The notes: generated from the sequence alone by a model not told the origin. Positions 51,839 through 61,779 are shown, counted from the stretch's first letter. The stretch is DNA of 64,000 bases from an uncultured delta proteobacterium (GCA_963712115.1 CAVQGX010000011.1:1-64000); one strand, 5' to 3'. Numbers and translations: made by a program.

Positions 51839-53826
51839 CAGACGACTCTTTGCGCCCTGAGCTGAGAGGAAGGAGTGTTAGCTTGAGTAAGGAAACGAGC
51901 AAAGAAATTTCTAACTCGGAGGAGCAGAAAGAATCGCTCCTGTCTGGTATTGACGGCCCGCAAAATCTCAAGTCTTTATCAATCGAAGAGCTCTATCAGC
52001 TGGCCGAGGAGATCAGGGACGAGATCGTATGCACTGTCTCTCAAACCGGAGGGCACTTGGCTCCGAACCTCGGGGCGGTGGAACTGACTCTGGCCCTACA
52101 TTACGTCTTTGATGCACCCGATGATGTGATTATCTGGGATGTGGGGCACCAGGCTTATGCCCATAAACTGATTACCGGTAGAAGAGAGCAGTTCCACACC
52201 ATTAGAACACATGGAGGAATCAGCGGTTTTCCCAAGCGAAGCGAGAGCCCATACGATGCCTTTGGTGTTGGCCATGCCAGTACCTCTATTTCAGCGGCCC
52301 TGGGTTTTGCCTCAGGCAAACATATTAAAGGAGACAAAAACAGGGTAATCGCCGTTATTGGCGACGGTTCCATGACCGGGGGTATGGCCTTCGAGGGACT
52401 GAACCAGGCTGGCCATTTGGAGCGCGACCTCATAGTGGTCTTGAACGACAATGAGATGTCTATCGCTCCCAATGTTGGCGCTCTTTCATCCTTCTTGAGC
52501 CGCAAGAAGACCAGCAAGCTGGCGGTGCGTATTAGGAAGGATGTGAGGAGTGTGCTCACCAGTATCCCTGGAATTGGTGACGACATTGTGCAGCTGGCAA
52601 AAAGGGGCGAGGACTCACTAATGAGTTTTTTTACTCCAGGCATGCTTTTTGAGGCCCTGAAATTCGAGTATATCGGCCCAATAAGAGGGCATCGGTTGGA
52701 ACGTCTCATCGAAGCCTTCACCAACGCCAAGAACCTCAGAGGGCCGGTACTGGTGCACGCCTTGACCACCAAGGGTAAGGGCTACAGGCCTGCGGAATGT
52801 GATCCTTCCAAATTTCACGGTCTGGGAAGATTTGAAGTGAGTACGGGCGAACCCATAAACAAGCCGGAGGCGCCTTCATATACGAAGATATTTGGACAGA
52901 CCATGGTGAGGTTGGCCGAGGAGGACGAGAAAATAGTTGCCATCACAGCTGCCATGCCCGAGGGCACCGGTTTGAGTCAATTCGCCGCTCTCTATCCGGA
53001 ACGTTTTTTTGATGTGGGAATTTGCGAGCAGCATGCGTTGACCTTTGCTGCCGGATTAGCTCTGGAGGGGTTTAAACCTGTGGCAGCCATCTACAGCACC
53101 TTTTTGCAGCGGGCCTATGACCAGGTGGTTCATGATATATGTCTGCAAAATCTGCCTGTCACCATTGTTATGGATCGAGGAGGATTGGTGGGCGAGGACG
53201 GTCCCACTCATCACGGCGTTTTCGACCTCTCCTATCTTCGCCAAGTCCCAAACATGGTGTTAATGGCTCCTGCTGATGAGAATGAGCTGCAGAGAATGTT
53301 GAAAACGGCTCTGGAACATGATGGCCCAGCAGCTCTACGTTACCCGCGCGGCGAGGCTCAGGGCGTGCCCCTGGATTCTGAAATTCGGTCTATGGACATC
53401 GGCAAAGGGAAGCTCTTGCGTGAAGGCGATGAACTGGCCATCCTGGCCATAGGTAACAGGGTGTGGCCAGCGGTTGAGGCGGCCAAGGAACTGGAGAAAG
53501 AGGGTGTGCGGGCAGCGGTTGTCAACTGTCGTTTTGTGAAACCGCTGGACAAGGAGCTCATTCTGGAGACGGCTCAACAGAGCAATCGTGTTCTCACCGT
53601 GGAGGAAAACGTTCTGCAGGGAGGCTTCGGCAGTGCAGTGCTCGAACTTTTGGCCGAAGAGGGCTTGACTGGAATCAGGGTTGTTCGTCTGGGCATTGGT
53701 GATCAGTTCATCGAGCACGCTTCTCAAGAGGTACAGCGGTCCATCTGCTCCATTGATACTCGGGCAATTGTCAAGGCGGCCCGTGTTATGGTTGCAGGGG
53801 ATAGCGTCCAAAAAGTGGCGTCTTAA
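51835..53826 (+). CDS. dxs: 1-deoxy-D-xylulose-5-phosphate synthase
   Basis: [38 protein letters not shown]. Confidence 0.97.
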   Translation: MTDDSLRPELRGRSVSLSKETSKEISNSEEQKESLLSGIDGPQNLKSLSIEELYQLAEEIRDEIVCTVSQTGGHLAPNLGAVELTLALHYVFDAPDDVIIWDVGHQAYAHKLITGRREQFHTIRTHGGISGFPKRSESPYDAFGVGHASTSISAALGFASGKHIKGDKNRVIAVIGDGSMTGGMAFEGLNQAGHLERDLIVVLNDNEMSIAPNVGALSSFLSRKKTSKLAVRIRKDVRSVLTSIPGIGDDIVQLAKRGEDSLMSFFTPGMLFEALKFEYIGPIRGHRLERLIEAFTNAKNLRGPVLVHALTTKGKGYRPAECDPSKFHGLGRFEVSTGEPINKPEAPSYTKIFGQTMVRLAEEDEKIVAITAAMPEGTGLSQFAALYPERFFDVGICEQHALTFAAGLALEGFKPVAAIYSTFLQRAYDQVVHDICLQNLPVTIVMDRGGLVGEDGPTHHGVFDLSYLRQVPNMVLMAPADENELQRMLKTALEHDGPAALRYPRGEAQGVPLDSEIRSMDIGKGKLLREGDELAILAIGNRVWPAVEAAKELEKEGVRAAVVNCRFVKPLDKELILETAQQSNRVLTVEENVLQGGFGSAVLELLAEEGLTGIRVVRLGIGDQFIEHASQEVQRSICSIDTRAIVKAARVMVAGDSVQKVAS

Positions 53827-54008
53827 GTTTAGCAGTCAGCTTTCAGCTTCCAGCCTTCAGCACGGAGAGATTTTGGGTTCTTCAGAAATTTGCTTGGAAG
53901 CAAAAAAAGAGAGTTGGATTGGCTAGGAGGAGCTATCCGCCCCGAGTGGCACTTTGGCAAAGACGGCTTAAAGGGTTTGATTCATTTTAAGCTGGGGACC
54001 AATAGCTG

Positions 54009-54752
54009 ATGGCTGGTCGCTCACGTCTAGACGTCTTGCTGGTGGAAAGAGGGTTGGCTGAAAGCCGCCACCGTGCTGTAGCATTGATTCTTGCAGGCAA
54101 GGTGCAAGTTGACGGCTACCAGGCTTCAAAGGCGGGTCAACGTGTGGCGGCAGACGCAAAAGTTGAGCTTCTCGATCAGGACGAGACCTACGTTAGCCGC
54201 GGTGGTTTCAAGTTAGCCTCAGCCTTGGACAGTTTTTCAATGGAAGTGGCCCATTTGGTGGTCATGGACGTGGGCGCGTCCACTGGTGGGTTCACCGATT
54301 GCCTCTTGCAGCGGGGGGCGAAAAAAGTCTATGCAATCGATGTAGGCTACGGCCAGCTGGCATGGCAGCTTCGCCAGGATCCGCGGGTGGTTACAGTGGA
54401 GCGGTGCAATGTGCGCTACCTGACCAGTAAGCAAGTTTCAGAGCTCGTAGATCTGGCAGTTATTGACACCTCTTTCATTTCCCTTACAAAAGTCATTCCA
54501 AGAGTTCTCGAGTTTGTCAAAGGGGGCGGGCAGCTGCTGGCTCTCATCAAGCCTCAATTCGAGGTGGGACGTGGCCAGGTGGGTAAAGGTGGCGTAGTGC
54601 GGGATCTGGAGCTACATCGACAGGTCGTTAGAAAGATAGAGCAATTCTGTCAGGGTCAGGGGATGGAGGTTCGAGGGGTGAAGGAATCGAGCTTGCTTGG
54701 CCCCAAAGGAAATCGTGAATTCTTCATTTTCGCGGTGAAATCCGAGAGATGA
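54009..54752 (+). CDS. tlyA: TlyA family rRNA methyltransferase
   Basis: RLDVLL S4 domain, YVSRGG.KL, DVGASTGGFTD, LIKPQFE, GNREF. Confidence 0.94.
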   Translation: MAGRSRLDVLLVERGLAESRHRAVALILAGKVQVDGYQASKAGQRVAADAKVELLDQDETYVSRGGFKLASALDSFSMEVAHLVVMDVGASTGGFTDCLLQRGAKKVYAIDVGYGQLAWQLRQDPRVVTVERCNVRYLTSKQVSELVDLAVIDTSFISLTKVIPRVLEFVKGGGQLLALIKPQFEVGRGQVGKGGVVRDLELHRQVVRKIEQFCQGQGMEVRGVKESSLLGPKGNREFFIFAVKSER

Positions 54753-55219
54753 AAATCCAATTAATTTTCGTGGGCAAAACCCGCGAGCCTTACCTGAGAC
54801 AAGGTGTAGACGACTTCCTAGCCCGCTTGCGTCGGTATCTACCGGTGGAGGTTAAAACTGTACGTTCCGAGAGGCTGGCTCGAGAAAGTCAGGCAGCACG
54901 AGTAGTCTCCCTGGAGAGCGAGAGGGTGGCGGCTGCCGTCCCCAGCCAGTCCCATCTGGTAGTTCTGGATCGGTTGGGGAGACAGTTGAGCTCGGTATCC
55001 CTGGCTCAGTGGTGGAAAAGATTAGAGAGCGAGGGCTGCCGTAAACTGTGTTTTGCTGTAGGGGGGGTTCTTGGATTTACCGATGAGCTGAGGAGTCAGG
55101 CCCAGACCCTGCTTTCCCTTTCAAAAATGACCTTCACCCATGAAATGAGCAGGCTAATTCTCTTGGAACAACTTTACCGGGCCTGCACGATCATGCGAGG
55201 GGAGAAGTACCACAAGTAG
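54749..55219 (+). CDS. rlmH: 23S rRNA pseudouridine-1915 N3-methyltransferase
   Basis: SLSKMTFTHEM.RLILLEQLYRA..YHK. Confidence 0.94.
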   Translation: MKIQLIFVGKTREPYLRQGVDDFLARLRRYLPVEVKTVRSERLARESQAARVVSLESERVAAAVPSQSHLVVLDRLGRQLSSVSLAQWWKRLESEGCRKLCFAVGGVLGFTDELRSQAQTLLSLSKMTFTHEMSRLILLEQLYRACTIMRGEKYHK

Positions 55220-55224
55220 CCTGT

Positions 55225-55446
55225 TTATACGGACTCAACCGCCTTTACTTCAGGCACTAATTGCTTAACGATGCGCTCCACCCCTTGCTTTAGAGTCATT
55301 TGAGACATAGGACAACCACCACAGGCGCCGGTCAGCCTCACTTTCACTATGCCGTTTTCTTCCACTTCTACTAGCTCGATGTCGCCACCGTCACGTTGAA
55401 GAGCAGGCCGAATCTTATCTAAGGCCTGTTCGATTTGTTCCCTCAT
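55225..55446 (-). CDS. NifU-like (Nfu) domain protein
   Basis: [21 protein letters not shown]; SD AGGAGG. Confidence 0.93.
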   Translation of the reverse strand: MREQIEQALDKIRPALQRDGGDIELVEVEENGIVKVRLTGACGGCPMSQMTLKQGVERIVKQLVPEVKAVESV

Positions 55447-55799
55447 ACTATCCTCCTAATTGGAATATGAAAAATGTAAAGGAACTATAACCACTGGTGA
55501 TGTAGAATGCAACCGCCTATTTTCAGCTATTGTTTGAACTGTAGATTGACCACTCAATCTGCGGCTTTCAATGAGCAGCGGACTGAGATATTATGAAGGG
55601 CCACAGATTAGAGGCCAGAGGGCAGCAGGAAGATTGCAGCTGACAGCGGGCAGAGGAAAGAGGACAGAAGACAGATCATACTTGAAATTTTGAACTTGGA
55701 GCTAGGCCCCATGCCCTAGGCTCTATGCCTACCGCAATCCGCAATTACCAGAGTGCTTAATTGTTTGCAGTTGTTAAAAGACTCGGTATTATTGACAAT

Positions 55800-55816
55800 A
55801 CGGCATGCACTTTGCT
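55800..55816 (+). promoter_or_regulatory. Putative sigma54 promoter
   Basis: CGGCATG-CACT-TTGCT (GG-N10-GC), ~32 nt before the ATG at 55848. Confidence 0.5.
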
Positions 55817-55847
55817 TCTTTGAGCTTCGACACTTAAGAGGAATCTT

Positions 55848-57185
55848 ATGAAAGAGCAGCTAATACAGAAAATCAGAGATCATAGAGCGGTTGTTGGGAT
55901 CGTGGGACTCGGTTATGTGGGGCTTCCCCTGATGCTGCGTTTTGCCGAAGTGGGGTTTCCCACGCTGGGCTTCGACATAGATAAAACTAAAGTGGAAAAG
56001 CTCAAAAAGGGTGAAAGCTATATCGGCCACATCCCCTCGGCAACCATTGTCCAGAGGAGTATGGAGGAGGTTCAAATTGCAGAGGGGAAAACCGTGCCTC
56101 TTTTCGATGCCACAAATGACTACAGCCGTGCTTCAGAAACGGATGTTCTGATTCTCTGCGTTCCTACCCCGCTCAACAGAAACCGCGAACCCGATTTATC
56201 TTATGTGCGCAACACGGTAAATTCACTTCTGCCCCAGTTGCGTCGTGGCCAGATAATAAGCCTCGAGAGTACCACTTATCCTGGCACAACTGAGGAGGAA
56301 GTCCGATCCAGAATTGAAGAGTGCGGTTTTGTTGTCGGCAAGGACATTTTTCTGGTCTATTCCCCAGAACGGGAGGATCCAGGAAACCCCTTATACAATA
56401 CCCAGAACATCCCAAAGGTATGTGGGGGATCGACAACTGATTGCTCAGAAGTCGGCCGGGCCCTGTACGGCGAGGTGGTGACTCAGGTGGTGCCGTTGTC
56501 CTCCACCCGGGCAGCGGAGTTGACCAAGCTCCTGGAAAACATCTATCGCGCAGTGAACATTGGGCTGGTAAATGAACTCAAAGTCGTAGCGGACCGCATG
56601 GGAATTGACATCCGCGAGGTTATTGACGCTGCTGCCACAAAGCCTTTCGGCTTCACCCCATTTTATCCGGGGCCGGGATTGGGAGGACACTGTATTCCCA
56701 TTGACCCTTTTTACCTAACCTGGAAGGCAAGGGAGTACGGAATCAACACTCGCTTCATCGAACTGGCCGGGGAGGTCAACGCTGCCATGCCCCAATGGGT
56801 GGTGGGCAAGGTGACGGACGCCTTGAATGAAAAGGGTAGATCGGTCAAGGGAGCAAAGATCCTGGTGCTGGGTCTTGCCTACAAGAAGAATGTCGACGAT
56901 CCCCGGGAGTCTCCGGCCATGGAGATCATGGAAATCCTCAGGAGCAAAGGTGCTGAATTGAGCTACAGCGATCCCCATGTCCCGGTGTTCCCCTCCATGC
57001 GAAGACACAGATTCGATTTGAAATCCGAAGAATTAACCCCTGCATTGCTCAAAAAGGTTGACTGTGTTCTTTTGGTTACCGACCATGACGGCTTCCCCTA
57101 CGACCTCATCGGTGCTCATGCCGACCTAATCGTGGACACCCGAGGAGTGTACAGAAGTGGTGAGGCTAATGTGGTCAAGGCCTAA
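55848..57185 (+). CDS. Nucleotide sugar dehydrogenase (WbpA/WecC-like UDP-GlcNAc 6-dehydrogenase)
   Basis: [37 protein letters not shown]. Confidence 0.93.
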   Translation: MKEQLIQKIRDHRAVVGIVGLGYVGLPLMLRFAEVGFPTLGFDIDKTKVEKLKKGESYIGHIPSATIVQRSMEEVQIAEGKTVPLFDATNDYSRASETDVLILCVPTPLNRNREPDLSYVRNTVNSLLPQLRRGQIISLESTTYPGTTEEEVRSRIEECGFVVGKDIFLVYSPEREDPGNPLYNTQNIPKVCGGSTTDCSEVGRALYGEVVTQVVPLSSTRAAELTKLLENIYRAVNIGLVNELKVVADRMGIDIREVIDAAATKPFGFTPFYPGPGLGGHCIPIDPFYLTWKAREYGINTRFIELAGEVNAAMPQWVVGKVTDALNEKGRSVKGAKILVLGLAYKKNVDDPRESPAMEIMEILRSKGAELSYSDPHVPVFPSMRRHRFDLKSEELTPALLKKVDCVLLVTDHDGFPYDLIGAHADLIVDTRGVYRSGEANVVKA

Positions 57186-57438
57186 CCCGGATATCTCGTG
57201 AATTCACGCCCTGGCGTGACTGCGACCACTTCAGGATCTCAGATTTCAGATTTTAGATTTCAGATTGAAGGGTGTCTGGTACAAACTGATTATTTGAGTA
57301 AAACAAGAATGCAAGTTTAACTTCCACCGCCTGCTTTGTCTTACTCGGTTTTGGGCAATCTCAAATCCGCAATCGTCGATCCGGTGGCACGCCCATCTTC
57401 GCGGTCTCGCGAGAGCAATTCATGAAATATCCGGGTTA
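57183..57438 (+). mobile_element. MITE-like element family A, copy 3 (centre replaced by 7-mer repeat cargo)
   Basis: TA-ACCCGGATATCTCGTGAAT ... ATTCATGAAATATCCGGGT-TA; arms match family A, but ~57230-57380 is unrelated (GATTTCA repeats and their complement). Confidence 0.8.
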
Positions 57439-57557
57439 AGAATTTAATATCACCCGCGGTCCCCACCAATTATTCAACCCCAGGGTTACCCACCTCAGAA
57501 TTTCCAGGAACAAGTTATAATTTTATGCCTATCTGAAATTCCCTGAAAGGAGGGAAA

Positions 57558-57633
57558 ATGCATAAATCCTCCCACTTGTGGGACGGATTTTGCATATTTA
57601 AGCCGAATACTTCATGAGTCCGCCTAAGGCGGA
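57558..57633. repeat. REP-like hairpins
   Basis: ATGCATAAATCC-TCCCAC-TT-GTGGGA-C-GGATTTTGCAT and GTCCGCC-TAA-GGCGGAC. Confidence 0.55.
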
Positions 57634-57717
57634 CCAGGGATATGGCCGTCCTGCTTTGCGGACTATTAATTGGGCATCGCAATTATGGTGCCCCATCTCA
57701 CGAGATAGAAGAAGATC

Positions 57718-58947
57718 ATGACGGCGCAGCGTTACAGAGTGATATTTGAGGGAGAAATCCTCGACGGACTGCAAGTTGAGGAGGTGAAAAGAGGCCTGTC
57801 CACTCTTTTTAAAGCCAGTGAGGCTAAAATCGAGCGGTTTTTTTCAGGCAAGCGCTTAGCGGTAAAAAAGGATGTGGATTATGAGACAGCAATGAAATAC
57901 TTGAAAGCCTTTGAGAGGGCAGGAGCCGTATGTAGGGTGGAAGCATTGGGGACTCATGCTGGCCTGGAACAGCCCCTCATGATGGAAAAAGAGAAAGAAG
58001 AGCCGAGGCAGCAGGACCTTATGATCTGTCCTAAATGCCAGTTTGAACAGGAGGAATCTGAGGAGTGTGTTCGCTGCGGTATCATTGTGAGTAAGTTTTA
58101 TCAAAGACCTCATGCACTGGAGGCTGAGGCAGAGTCAGGTGGTCCTGAGGCAGACCTCGTTGCTTTCATAGGCGATAATGCCCATAAATATATTTCAAAA
58201 TTCATGAAGTTTAATCAGGGTGGTGCCGATAGTTTCGCCTTCACCTGGCACTGGCCTGCCTTCTTCTTCGGACCTGTGTGGCTGTGGTACAGAAAACTTA
58301 ATAGATGGGCTTGGCTTGCGCTTGTTTTGGATTTGATCCCTGTCGTCGATGGTATTGCTAAAATTACTTTTGCTTTAACGGGCAATTACATCTACTACAA
58401 ACACTGTAAGAGTAAGATCAAAGAGTTGAGGAGGTCAAAGCCGTCCTCAGATCTATCCGCAAGTTTGGCTCTTAATGGAGGAGTAAATCGGCTGGCTGTT
58501 AGCTTTTCAACAGTTTTAATTATCCTGGCTTTGGCTGGAGCCGCATTATATGCTTACAACAGTATGACTGGAGAAAAAACCATTGGCAAAATATCCTTTT
58601 ACACAGATTATGATCAAGGACTTGATCAAGCCTTCGAATCCGGCAAACCTGTTATGCTTGTTTTTTCTGCTTCTTGGTGTGGTTCATGTAAACAAATGAT
58701 CAAAAATGTATTTTCCCATGACGATGTAGCATATGCATCAAAGCAGCTAGTTAACATATATGTGGATGTAGATAAAGCTAACAGACAATTAATCAACGCA
58801 TATGAAGTCAAATATGTACCATCAGTATTTTTTCTTGATTATAGCGGAGAAACAATAATACAAGTCGCCGACAGAAGGTCGCCCGATGATTTCATTGAAA
58901 ATATGGACTACATGGTTCGAGTACACACTTACAACCAGCAAAACTAG
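57718..58947 (+). CDS. Multidomain membrane protein: Zn-ribbon + DUF2628-like TM region + C-terminal thioredoxin fold
   Basis: CPKC..CVRC; WHWPAFFFGPVWLWYRK; KPVMLVFSASWCGSCK..YVP. Confidence 0.75.
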   Translation: MTAQRYRVIFEGEILDGLQVEEVKRGLSTLFKASEAKIERFFSGKRLAVKKDVDYETAMKYLKAFERAGAVCRVEALGTHAGLEQPLMMEKEKEEPRQQDLMICPKCQFEQEESEECVRCGIIVSKFYQRPHALEAEAESGGPEADLVAFIGDNAHKYISKFMKFNQGGADSFAFTWHWPAFFFGPVWLWYRKLNRWAWLALVLDLIPVVDGIAKITFALTGNYIYYKHCKSKIKELRRSKPSSDLSASLALNGGVNRLAVSFSTVLIILALAGAALYAYNSMTGEKTIGKISFYTDYDQGLDQAFESGKPVMLVFSASWCGSCKQMIKNVFSHDDVAYASKQLVNIYVDVDKANRQLINAYEVKYVPSVFFLDYSGETIIQVADRRSPDDFIENMDYMVRVHTYNQQN

Positions 58948-59014
58948 CAGGAATCAAAATCATCTCTACAGATTGCAGATTTAACATCGTAGATTGATGA
59001 TTGCGGATTGCGGA

Positions 59015-59218
59015 ATGAAAAAGAAAATCATACCTATATTGCTAGCATTTGCGATCTTGTTTGTTTTACTCACGCTAATAAACCCAGGATTTCGAGAAAA
59101 AATACACGTCGTAATAGACTACCTAAGCAACTGGTTGGGAATAGACTGGGGATCGATCCGAGGTTGGCGAAGCGCTAAATTATTGCTTTGCCAGGACTGC
59201 TTCGCCATATATCTGTAG
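59015..59218 (+). CDS. Small hypothetical membrane protein
   Basis: MKKKIIPILLAFAILFVLLTLI hydrophobic N-terminus; no clear SD. Confidence 0.35.
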   Translation: MKKKIIPILLAFAILFVLLTLINPGFREKIHVVIDYLSNWLGIDWGSIRGWRSAKLLLCQDCFAIYL

Positions 59219-59221
59219 TGA

Positions 59222-59238
59222 TGGGCATAAACATTGCA
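59222..59238 (+). promoter_or_regulatory. Putative sigma54 promoter upstream of bactofilin
   Basis: GGGCATA-AACA-TTGCA (GG-N10-GC). Confidence 0.4.
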
Positions 59239-59291
59239 TTTTAAACTGTTTGCAACCCAATAAATAATCTTAACCCAAACAAGGATCAACA

Positions 59292-59735
59292 ATGTTGCAG
59301 ACAGCAAAGGAAAAAACGGTGGAACAAAATAATAAGCGGGCCAAAGGCAAAATTTTCAGAAGTCCATTCAAAATGGTAGAGACTACTATCATTTCTGACA
59401 GCAGTAATTTCCAGGGTAATATCGAAACAGAGGGTACCCTCATTGTGCATGGTTCGGTGACAGGAATGATAAGGTGCGGCTCCCTGGAAATTCTGCAAGA
59501 AGGCGATGTGGATGCGAATGTGGAAGCCGAAAACGTGAGCGTGGCAGGAAAATTCCAAGGAGAAATGATCTGCAATGGCAGGTTAAACATTTTGAGCACA
59601 GGAACAGTAATAGGCGAGATAGCTTATGGGAGGCTATCCATAGAATCAGGGGGACAATTGGCTGGCAACCTTACCAGGTCCAAATCAAAAGACACCACAG
59701 TGCTCCCCCTGTACCAGGAGATTAATCAATCCTAA
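59292..59735 (+). CDS. Bactofilin (polymer-forming cytoskeletal protein)
   Basis: TIISDSSNFQGNI..G.V.G.I..L.I...G.V.A.V.A..V.V.G...G beta-solenoid pattern. Confidence 0.88.
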   Translation: MLQTAKEKTVEQNNKRAKGKIFRSPFKMVETTIISDSSNFQGNIETEGTLIVHGSVTGMIRCGSLEILQEGDVDANVEAENVSVAGKFQGEMICNGRLNILSTGTVIGEIAYGRLSIESGGQLAGNLTRSKSKDTTVLPLYQEINQS

Positions 59736-60010
59736 ACATACCCACCTCGGCGGCACAGCGACTTCGTTGCAAGGGCTTTGTCTTTTCGTTTTTCCTGAGC
59801 CTGTCTCGACCTGTATTTAAAAATTACCCAAACATGCATTTTTGGATACGGCACTAGCTTCAATTGACCAATTGAACCACTCTATCTGGATGGTATTATT
59901 TATTTAACTGTCTGATAAAACATTAAAAAATGTCAATTTTATAGATGTGGCATGTTTTTTCCATTATTTGCAAAACCGTCTTTCAACAAATAGTCAAAGG
60001 AGGAAGTCTA

Positions 60011-60199
60011 ATGAGACGCATAACCTTACTTCTGTTTCAGCTCTTCTTAGCCCTGTTTGCTGGATACGCAGTAGTATACGATGTACCTAACGAGTATCTG
60101 GTTGTTCCGCTACTATGTTTGGTCTGCATGTTCTTCCTCGGAAGGCATCCAGACTCGTCCCCAAAGCGGAGCCAACAAAAATTGGCGCTTGATGTTTAA
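60011..60199 (+). CDS. Small two-TM hypothetical protein
   Basis: Strong SD AGGAGG, two hydrophobic stretches; stop TAA coincides with the MITE end. Confidence 0.6.
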   Translation: MRRITLLLFQLFLALFAGYAVVYDVPNEYLVVPLLCLVCMFFLGRHPDSSPKRSQQKLALDV

Positions 60200-60426
60200 C
60201 CCGGATGTTTCATTAATGGCCTACAGCGACCACGGATATGGCCGTCCTTCCGGGCGTCCTCGGGCGTCGGACCCTGCGACGTACCGTTCAGGTGCGCCTC
60301 GAATCCAATCCCGCGTTACCGCGGGACGGTTGCCCGGTGGCCCGCCCGCCTCGCCTTGCTTGCATGGCGGGCAGGCACAACCATCTTCGTGGTCGCGCCA
60401 CGGCAATTCATCAAACATCCGGGTTA
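60197..60426 (+). mobile_element. MITE-like element family A, copy 4
   Basis: TA-ACCCGGATGTTTCATTAAT ... ATTCATCAAACATCCGGGT-TA; interior closely similar to copy 2. Confidence 0.85.
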
Positions 60427-60487
60427 GCCTATTTTCGGCACCCTTTTTGATGGCCTCCGAACGCTTCACCGAATCAGGGTATGAATC

Positions 60488-60838
60488 ATGATTTACGAGA
60501 GAGATAGACGCAGATTTGAGCGAATAGAGGTCAAATGGCCTACAACTGTTATCACCTCCGACGGTGAATTTACAGGAGAAACCAAGAGTCTCAGTCAGGT
60601 TGGAGCATCTTTTTACTGTCGGGAGTTGCCACCCATAGGGCAAGAATTTCGCTTGGAAATCCAACCTCCCAGCCATCAGCCCATCCTGGTATCAGCTAAA
60701 TCGATATGGGCGATGGAACAAGTGCCTCTAGAGAATTACAGTCTTTTCATAGTGGGTGCAGAATTTGAATACATATCGGAAGCAGACGTTCAGTTCATAG
60801 GCAAGGTGATTGCGCAGCAAGAAGGAAAGGGGGGGTGA
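60488..60838 (+). CDS. PilZ domain protein
   Basis: RRRFER (RxxxR), SLSQVG (degenerate D/NxSxxG), GAEF. Confidence 0.82.
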   Translation: MIYERDRRRFERIEVKWPTTVITSDGEFTGETKSLSQVGASFYCRELPPIGQEFRLEIQPPSHQPILVSAKSIWAMEQVPLENYSLFIVGAEFEYISEADVQFIGKVIAQQEGKGG

Positions 60839-60896
60839 GAGCGAACCTTAACAGGTAAATGCGGCTTAGGTAAAGGCTCTCGGGATCTCGATGGCT

Positions 60897-61094
60897 CTAG
60901 AGCCTGCCCCAGGCAACGTAGTTCCTTAAATTGTCCTCCAGCGGGTTGTCGAGGACGCGAACCTCAGCCGGCTCTCGAAAGGAAAACTCAAGCTGTCGTG
61001 CAGGCACAGGAACGGAAAACAGCTCTATGGTGTTTTTTGTCATCCTGATTTTAATGGACACAGTGTCAATAGTTATGGGCTTCAAATCCGTCAT
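60897..61094 (-). CDS. Small hypothetical protein
   Basis: ORF directly downstream of 61116-61349 on the same strand; no recognisable motif. Confidence 0.4.
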   Translation of the reverse strand: MTDLKPITIDTVSIKIRMTKNTIELFSVPVPARQLEFSFREPAEVRVLDNPLEDNLRNYVAWGRL

Positions 61095-61115
61095 AGTTTT
61101 CAAATCCAGCGTCCC

Positions 61116-61349
61116 TTACTGAAGGTTCACCTCGCCTGAAGGAAAGATTTTGAGGTGCCAAGACCTACCACAGCCATAGCGACATGTGATGTAGACGGGT
61201 AAGATCTTTCCTTCCTGGCAGTTAAAGGATGCTTCACCGACATTGCATTCCAAACCACACTTTTGACAGAAATAGGCGTAGCCATCTGCATAGCGAGGGT
61301 CTTCTTTCCGCTCAAAAAAACTACTTATAGCAGTAATATTATCTGCCAT
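61116..61349 (-). CDS. Small Cys-rich, possibly Zn-binding hypothetical protein
   Basis: YFCQKCG ... TCRYGCG; 77 aa. Confidence 0.5.
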   Translation of the reverse strand: MADNITAISSFFERKEDPRYADGYAYFCQKCGLECNVGEASFNCQEGKILPVYITCRYGCGRSWHLKIFPSGEVNLQ

Positions 61350-61429
61350 AGTTCTTGCCCCCGGCCGAAATGCGCATCTTTGCTCTTCATTACCTCAAAC
61401 ATGCAACAGCGATGCCATTCTGATCGCAA

Positions 61430-61624
61430 AGAGCATAGCGCATGGCGCATAGCGAAAAGGCATGGAGCATTGGGCAGGGAGTAAAGCGACACGGGACTTT
61501 CAGCCAGCAGCGGGCAACTGGCAGCTGGCAGGAAAAAGATATCCTACACGCAGAACCATTGCCAGATCTTGCGAGCTGGCTGCTGTCAGCTGCAAGCTGA
61601 CTCCTAGCTCTATGCTCCATGCTT
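61430..61624. repeat. Nested 7-nt-period inverted repeat element
   Basis: GCATAGC GCATGGC GCATAGC..GCATGGA / CTCTATG CTCCATG outer; CAGCGGG CAACTGG CAGCTGG / GCTGTCA GCTGCAA GCTG inner. Confidence 0.75.
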
Positions 61625-61779
61625 ATTTGGATTCTTTCCTAAACACAGAGATTGAGCAGTTTCTCTATTGACAATCGTTTTGCCACCCTTAAAATTGCCT
61701 GTAATCCATGGGTCTAGACCGTTTCGAGTTACTGGTAACAAAAGGCTCAATCTGCAAAGCAAAAGAGGGAGATTTAATT

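Noticed and set aside
1009-53811. Numerous antisense or alternate-frame ORFs in the track (e.g. 1026-1655, 7530-8219, 25164-25997, 52155-52772)
   Set aside because: Shadow ORFs fully overlapping well-supported genes.
59947-59963. sigma54 promoter TGGCATG-N4-TTCCA before the 60011 ORF
   Set aside because: The invariant -12 GC is CC.
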